Below, one piece after another: positions 52,624-64,000 of a DNA stretch of 64,000 nt. The notes beneath the pieces are model-generated. The model saw nothing but the letters and a program-made list of their open reading frames with translations, searched no databases and had not been told where the DNA came from. The stretch is from the human T2T-CHM13v2.0 reference genome, Homo sapiens. Each line of letters begins with the position of its first letter. Positions within the stretch are counted from its first letter, which is position 1. The position numbers were made by a program, and so were the translations under genes. The stretch is from the NCBI RefSeq assembly GCF_009914755.1, contig NC_060931.1; one strand, 5' to 3'.

Positions 52624-54971
52624 AAAGACCAGCACTCTTTTCAGCCCTGTTTCTCCTTGCTCATAGTAAAAGCATTCTACAATTGTTTTGAAACAAGTAT
52701 TTTAATGTTGAACATTACAGAATCTTGTTTGGCTGTCTATAAAACTTCACCCTTTCCATGTTTATCTTCTTCTAATTTAAGTCCTGATTGACATGAACAA
52801 ACTAGATTATCTATTAAGATATCATCAAGCTCTTAAATTCTTTGAACAAAAGAGGTATAAAATAAATATTTTTAAAAGATGAGAAGACATAGAAAGTAAA
52901 GCTTAGTGGTTCTCAACCAGCTGGGAAACCAAGCCTATGGAGCTGATGTAGTGGCCCAGGGTCTGTGACCAGGGGTCCCTCATAGACGTGTCCAGTGGGG
53001 GATGTGGCAGCCCAAGTGAACACAAAACACCTCCCAGCTGGGGCAAGGGCTCCCACAGCACTGGCGTCCTTCAGGCAGCAGCTACCACATCCCGGCCTGG
53101 GCACACAATTTGTAGGGAATTCTCAGGGAATTACATTTGGTATGATTGGGGAAAAGAAAGAAAGAGGGAAGTTAGTTTAGATCCCAGTTTGTGGTCCTCC
53201 GTAAGAGCTACCAAACAACCTTAGGTATAAGCTCAGGTTTATGCTGGGTCAGGCATTGAGTATATGCCTGTTAGTCAATGGTGAACTTCTCCTACCAAAA
53301 AAGAAAAAGCAGTTACTCCTCTCAAACCCTACCCCATACAAGAACTTGCTCCTACTTAGCCAAACTTACTTCCTCTTTTAGAGGAGCTTTTTACTGGCCA
53401 TAGACAAAGAGAGAGGGCCACAGTAGACTTTGTTAAGAGGCTTATCTTTACTATCTCACTATTACAATCAACATTTTCTCCAACTCCAATCAACATCTGA
53501 GGGGTATGACACACTACCTGTTCTTTCCTGTTTTGGACTTGAGAATGAGAGATCACGATCAGCAACGTTGTTAAACCTCAAATCAACCCTGAGACTGTCC
53601 AGCTCAGACATCTAGTTAATGAATCAGTAAATGTCCTCATATGTCCTGATGTCAGCTGTTACTTACAGCTCTACTCATACTGATACAGACCACCAGGAGA
53701 TTGTGACACGCACTTCACCCCTTCAAGGATGTGCCTGACCCTACCGTGACCCCACTGACTGCCAGTGTTAGAGATTTCCCAGAACTGTTTTAGATTTCAA
53801 AATATGTGGAAATTACTTTCTTGAGAAATTCTTCCACATTCAGGTGAAACATAATAAATAATCATTGCCTCAAGCAATAAATACATGAATAATATGGAAA
53901 ATATGTTGGAGAAGGAAAGACCAAAGAGACCAAAGGGTTCTGTCACTTACACGATATTTTGATGTAACTTACTTAACTCTTATTTTCAAAGATTTGTATC
54001 TAGATTTACTGGAATTATTTTCCCCAAATTGTGCCCAGGAATACATTTCTACTGTCTCATCAGCCATCTCCCACTCTTTGTCGAGTAACTAAGCTGTATT
54101 TTAACGAATCTTTTCTTTTCTATATAAATGAAAAGGATCAAGGATCCTCTCCCAAATCATTTTCCCAGCTTTTTTTGCATTTTCCTCTCATAAAGATTTT
54201 TCAAAATAATCAGATAGCACAATATATTTTATATGGTAGTAAATTTTAATATAAAATGCATTTCTTATGAAGACAACATTATAGTAACATTAATAAAAAT
54301 TAAAACAAAAATACACTTGGAGTATCAATATTCAAATACCTATTTTTATATTTCTTTACTTCTTTTCTTGCTTTTGTCAATTTTATATTGTCATATAGTT
54401 TTTTCACTTATATAATCGATGCTTTTAATTCTGGCTGTTCATCATAATATCATATTTTTCCTATCAGCCTGCTCAAATACAATATTTGTGAGACATTGAG
54501 GATATTAGGACATTGTTTTCAGCTTTTATAGATTATAAATAATTTATTCATATAAATATGGATTATAATAATGTGCCTTTTGAACTTTTATTTTTCTTCT
54601 TTTCACTATGTCTCTAAGATAGATTCCCTGGGTTGAGAAGTAAGAAGAAATTTGAAACTTCTCAATACATATTGCCATGTTGATTTTTAAGCAGATTACA
54701 CTGAGTTACAATACTTCCAGCAATATATGTCTCACCCCAACCTTTCCAGCTCTAGGTGTTTTATATATTTTAAGCATTTTTTCCTGTCGTTATTAATTAT
54801 TAGTTTAGTTGCATTTATTCTATTATTAGTGAGAGTAAGCATTTGATTTTATATATCTTGACCTACACTTATTTGCATTACCTTTTCATGATCTCTTACC
54901 CCTCCTATGGTTTCTACTATTTTTTGACATTTTAATCAGTAATTTGGATGACAGTTGACAGGCTTATTGGT

Positions 54972-55253
<282 letters not shown>

Positions 55254-55433
55254 TAGGTTTATCAGATTTAGAGTTCCCATGGAGCGATAAGGGAGAGCTA
55301 ATATCTCCTTCTAAACTACCTGAAATAATGAACCAATTCTACAAAATGTAATTTCACAGAAACAAGTATAAAATCTATAAGTAGGGTCCAGAAACAACTG
55401 TGGAAGTGTACCATAAAAGAACTATATCTTAGA

Positions 55434-55635
55434 AGCTGGGTGTGATGGCGTGCTCTCATAGTCTCAGCTTTTCAGGAGGCTGAGAAGGATCACTTAAGCC
55501 CATGAGTTCTAGGTTACAGTGAGCTGTGATCACACCACTGCACTCCAGCCTGGGCAACAAAGTGAGACTCTGTCTCTTAAAAAAAGAAAACAACAATAAC
55601 AACAGAAACAAAAGCAAAAACAAAAACAAAAAAAC
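55434..55635 (+). mobile_element. Alu monomer (FLAM/FRAM-like) with an (A)nC-rich tail
   Basis: GCTGGGTGTGATGGCGTG...CACCACTGCACTCCAGCCTGGGCAAC... Confidence 0.8.
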
Positions 55636-55698
55636 CCTACTAACTGGATGGAAAATTACCTAAAGAAAAAAAAAGTAAAACAAACAAACAAAACCAAC

Positions 55699-55740
55699 TA
55701 CTTTATGGCAAAAACCACAATTACTTTTGCACCAACCTAA
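55699..55740 (+). mobile_element. Half MADE1 (Hsmar1-derived MITE)
   Basis: TACTTTATGGCAAAAACCACAATTACTTTTGCACCAACCTAA is the right arm of MADE1. Confidence 0.8.
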
Positions 55741-56311
55741 AACTATAAGATCTATATCTTAATAGCAGTGATGTTTAAAGGATAAAGGGACCTTCCATTT
55801 TGCAAGTGTTCACTGCTCAAAAACTATTGTGATTCTACAGCTACCTTACTAATAATAGATCTGTTCTGCAACCTTTTGACCATTCCTGGAGTACTGTGTA
55901 TAGTTTTGGGACACTGGAGCCTATTCCCAAGGGAACAACCAGGAAAATAAAGTGACTCAACACTAGGGCATGGAAAGAATGGATAGATGTCTGGGGATAT
56001 TTTGCCTGGAGAATACAAGTCTCGTGTGGGATGTTATTAATGACCTGTAAGCACTTTAATCTTTGCTTTTTCTCTGAGGTTCTAAGCAGAGCAGCACCTA
56101 GCCATGGAGCCATTGTGTGATAAGAAAAAAGCATCTCCATTGGGCAGACGAGTTGAGAAAGGTTCCCTCTTCTCTGGGCAGGCAGAGTGTCACACTTTGG
56201 AGCAAAGCATAGCAAGGGAAGTGTGGCTGCATTTCTGTCCCCATTTATCCCCTTGGTTACTCACTTTGAGGCACAAATGGTTCAACTGTATGCAGTGGCC
56301 CTAGCTCTAAA

Positions 56312-56516
56312 ATGGATCAATAAACTATGGCCAAAGACCAAATCCAGCCTACCACTTGTTTTATAGATAAAATCTTGTTGCAGTGCAGTCACACTCATCC
56401 ACACTGTCTAGTTTGCTTTCCTGCTACAATGGCAGAGTTGAATAGCGGCTATATGGCCCACAAAGCCTAAAATATTTACTGCGTACCCCTTCACAGAAAA
56501 AGTTTGCCAACCTCTG
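56312..56516 (+). mobile_element. MER58A MITE
   Basis: AAACTATGGCC...CAAATCCAGCC...TATGGCCCACAAAGCCTAAAATATTTACT...AGTTTGCCAACCTCTG. Confidence 0.85.
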
Positions 56517-57771
56517 TTCTATAACGGCTTTAGTAATCTACTGACAAACATCAGGATTTGGAGTGCCACTTAGGGTTTTGAAGGGTGAGTGCCTATTTTT
56601 TAAAAGCAAATTTTGGAAAAAAAATTTATCTTCTCAATTATTACGCTATTTGTTTTCCCTTTAGTCATCTGACACTATTAGAGTATTTATATATTAGAAT
56701 GCTTCTGCTTGTAAATAATGGAAACTCATTTGGTTTCAACTGAGCAGAAAGAGGATATTGGATGGGTAGCTTGGCACTCTGAGAACCCAATCCTCAGAAA
56801 AGGACCAACAGCAAGGCCAAGCATGGTAAGTATCCTAGAAGTCTTTGATCTCCATTTCCCATCTCTGCTTCTCTCTGTGCTTCCAATTTATTTTATTTCA
56901 TTTTAAAGAAACTTTTAATCAAAAGATGATACTTATAGAGTTTTAAACTCATCAAGTTACATAAGGCTTAAACAAAAAAATAACAGTCCCTACTCACTGT
57001 ATGTCACTTTCCAATTTTCATTTCCCAGAAGCAACCACTTTCAACTCTTCTAGCATTTCATCTGCTCATATGTCTAATAATATACTGCTATTTCTTGATT
57101 CTTCAGTTTTAAGCATTATATGTATGTATTTCTTATTATAAAATGTGAGGATTCTCCTTTGCTCTACCTCCTAATATATTTTTATCACTTATTTTTGCTA
57201 AGTCTGTATTTGGCATTTACATTGCTATGATTATGTAAGTAAAGCAATCTTTCTAACAGTTAATGTCATCCAAAAATGGAAAAGTGTCTTGTAAGTTAGT
57301 GAGCTTCTGAAAACTGAATATACTTGGAAGACAGATGTTTTATTTATCTTTATATCTCCAGTATCTTCTACAATGCTTGCATTTGTGAGGTAATCTCTAA
57401 ATGCTTTTTGAATGACTGAATGTCAATAAAAGTATTCAAACAGACGTTGATTACTGCTTTTAAGAATCTATCATAGAGGATTTCTGCATTGGGTGAGAGT
57501 GGATTAAATAAATTAGCAAATTTTATAGTTTTATGATCTACCTAAACCCATGGCTTCATCCACCTCTTATATTCTGACATGTCCTTGGAAGGACTATATC
57601 ATATTTAACCTCGTGTCCCTAAAATCAAAGACAGTGCCTGCTAAAGACTAGACATCCAACAACTCAGTGAACAATGGATTAATGAATGAATCACTCTTCT
57701 AGATTCCTAGTCAATTCCCTATAGACATCTTGGTGTCAGTTGCCTTCTCAATCTATGTTTACATTGTTCTT

Positions 57772-58060
57772 TTTTTTTTTTTTTTTTTTTGAGACGTAGT
57801 CTCACACTGTCACCCGGGGTTGGAGTTCAGTGGCACAATCTCGGCCCATTGCAACCTCCAGTTCCTGGGTTCAAGTGATTCTTCTGCCTCAGCCTCCTGA
57901 GTAGCTGGGATTAAAGGCACTTGCCACCACACCCAGCTAATTTTTTGTATTTTTAGTAGAAACAGGGTTTCAGCATGTTGGCCAGGCTAGTCTTCAACTC
58001 CTGACCTGCCTCGGCCCCCCAAAGTGCTGGGATTACAGGTTGGACCCACTGTGCCGGGCC
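57772..58060 (-). mobile_element. AluS SINE with 12-bp TSD
   Basis: TSD TACATTGTTCTT at 57760-57771 and 58062-58073; small internal deletion near CTGACCT|GCCTCGG. Confidence 0.92.
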
Positions 58061-58419
58061 CTACATTGTTCTTACACTTCCTTTCTATCTGTCTAAATCC
58101 TCTCCATCAAGTGATCACTTTCTACTACACCAAGTTATTTAGTAACTGCATTAATCATTTGGCATTTACTGTGTGTGACTTTGTTTTGTTAGGGGTGTGT
58201 ATGAACACACACCTGTCTCATCATTTCACTGGGAAAGGCTGCATCTTCTACTTTGAATCCCTGGTTTTCATCACAGTGCCAACCCATGACTGTATGTATC
58301 CACTGATTGGTTGATTCTGTCAACCTCAAAATAAAATGTACGTGAGATCCACATTGAGAATATTTGGTATATTAAAATTCAAACTTTAAAAATGGAAAAT
58401 TGAGAAATATTATAAAATC

Positions 58420-64000
<5,581 letters not shown>

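Noticed and set aside
55699-55740. Possible miR-548-type hairpin from MADE1
   Set aside because: Only one arm of the palindrome is present, so no hairpin can form.

Overview
Primate (almost certainly human) genomic DNA, mostly transposable-element derived. It has one recognisable protein-coding gene: the single-exon CCDC71L on the minus strand (CDS 34219-34926, 235 aa). The gene lies in a CpG island (~33.9-35.3 kb) and has a long AT-rich 3' UTR running leftwards. The rest is repeats: a 127 x 21-bp minisatellite that grew inside an MLT1 LTR, a near full-length decayed Cheshire/MER58-type hAT transposon, a MER41B-type LTR, MLT/MST/MLT2 solo LTRs, many Alus, MIR/L2/L3 relics, old L1M fragments, and two large convergent L1PA elements (the left one carries a nested younger L1 and a probable 5' transduction). 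The best non-obvious observations are: (i) three locally templated insertions in the first 17 kb, two of them ~70-bp near-perfect inverted copies; (ii) a 22-unit higher-order period and a dense TEAD-type CATTCCA motif in the minisatellite; (iii) a C-terminal PxVxL (HP1-binding-type) motif in CCDC71L; (iv) signs of a divergent plus-strand transcript with a 35-aa smORF at the CCDC71L promoter; (v) one surviving GAS site in the MER41 LTR. I see no convincing new multi-gene system. Repeat subfamily names come from remembered consensus sequences, not from a RepeatMasker run.
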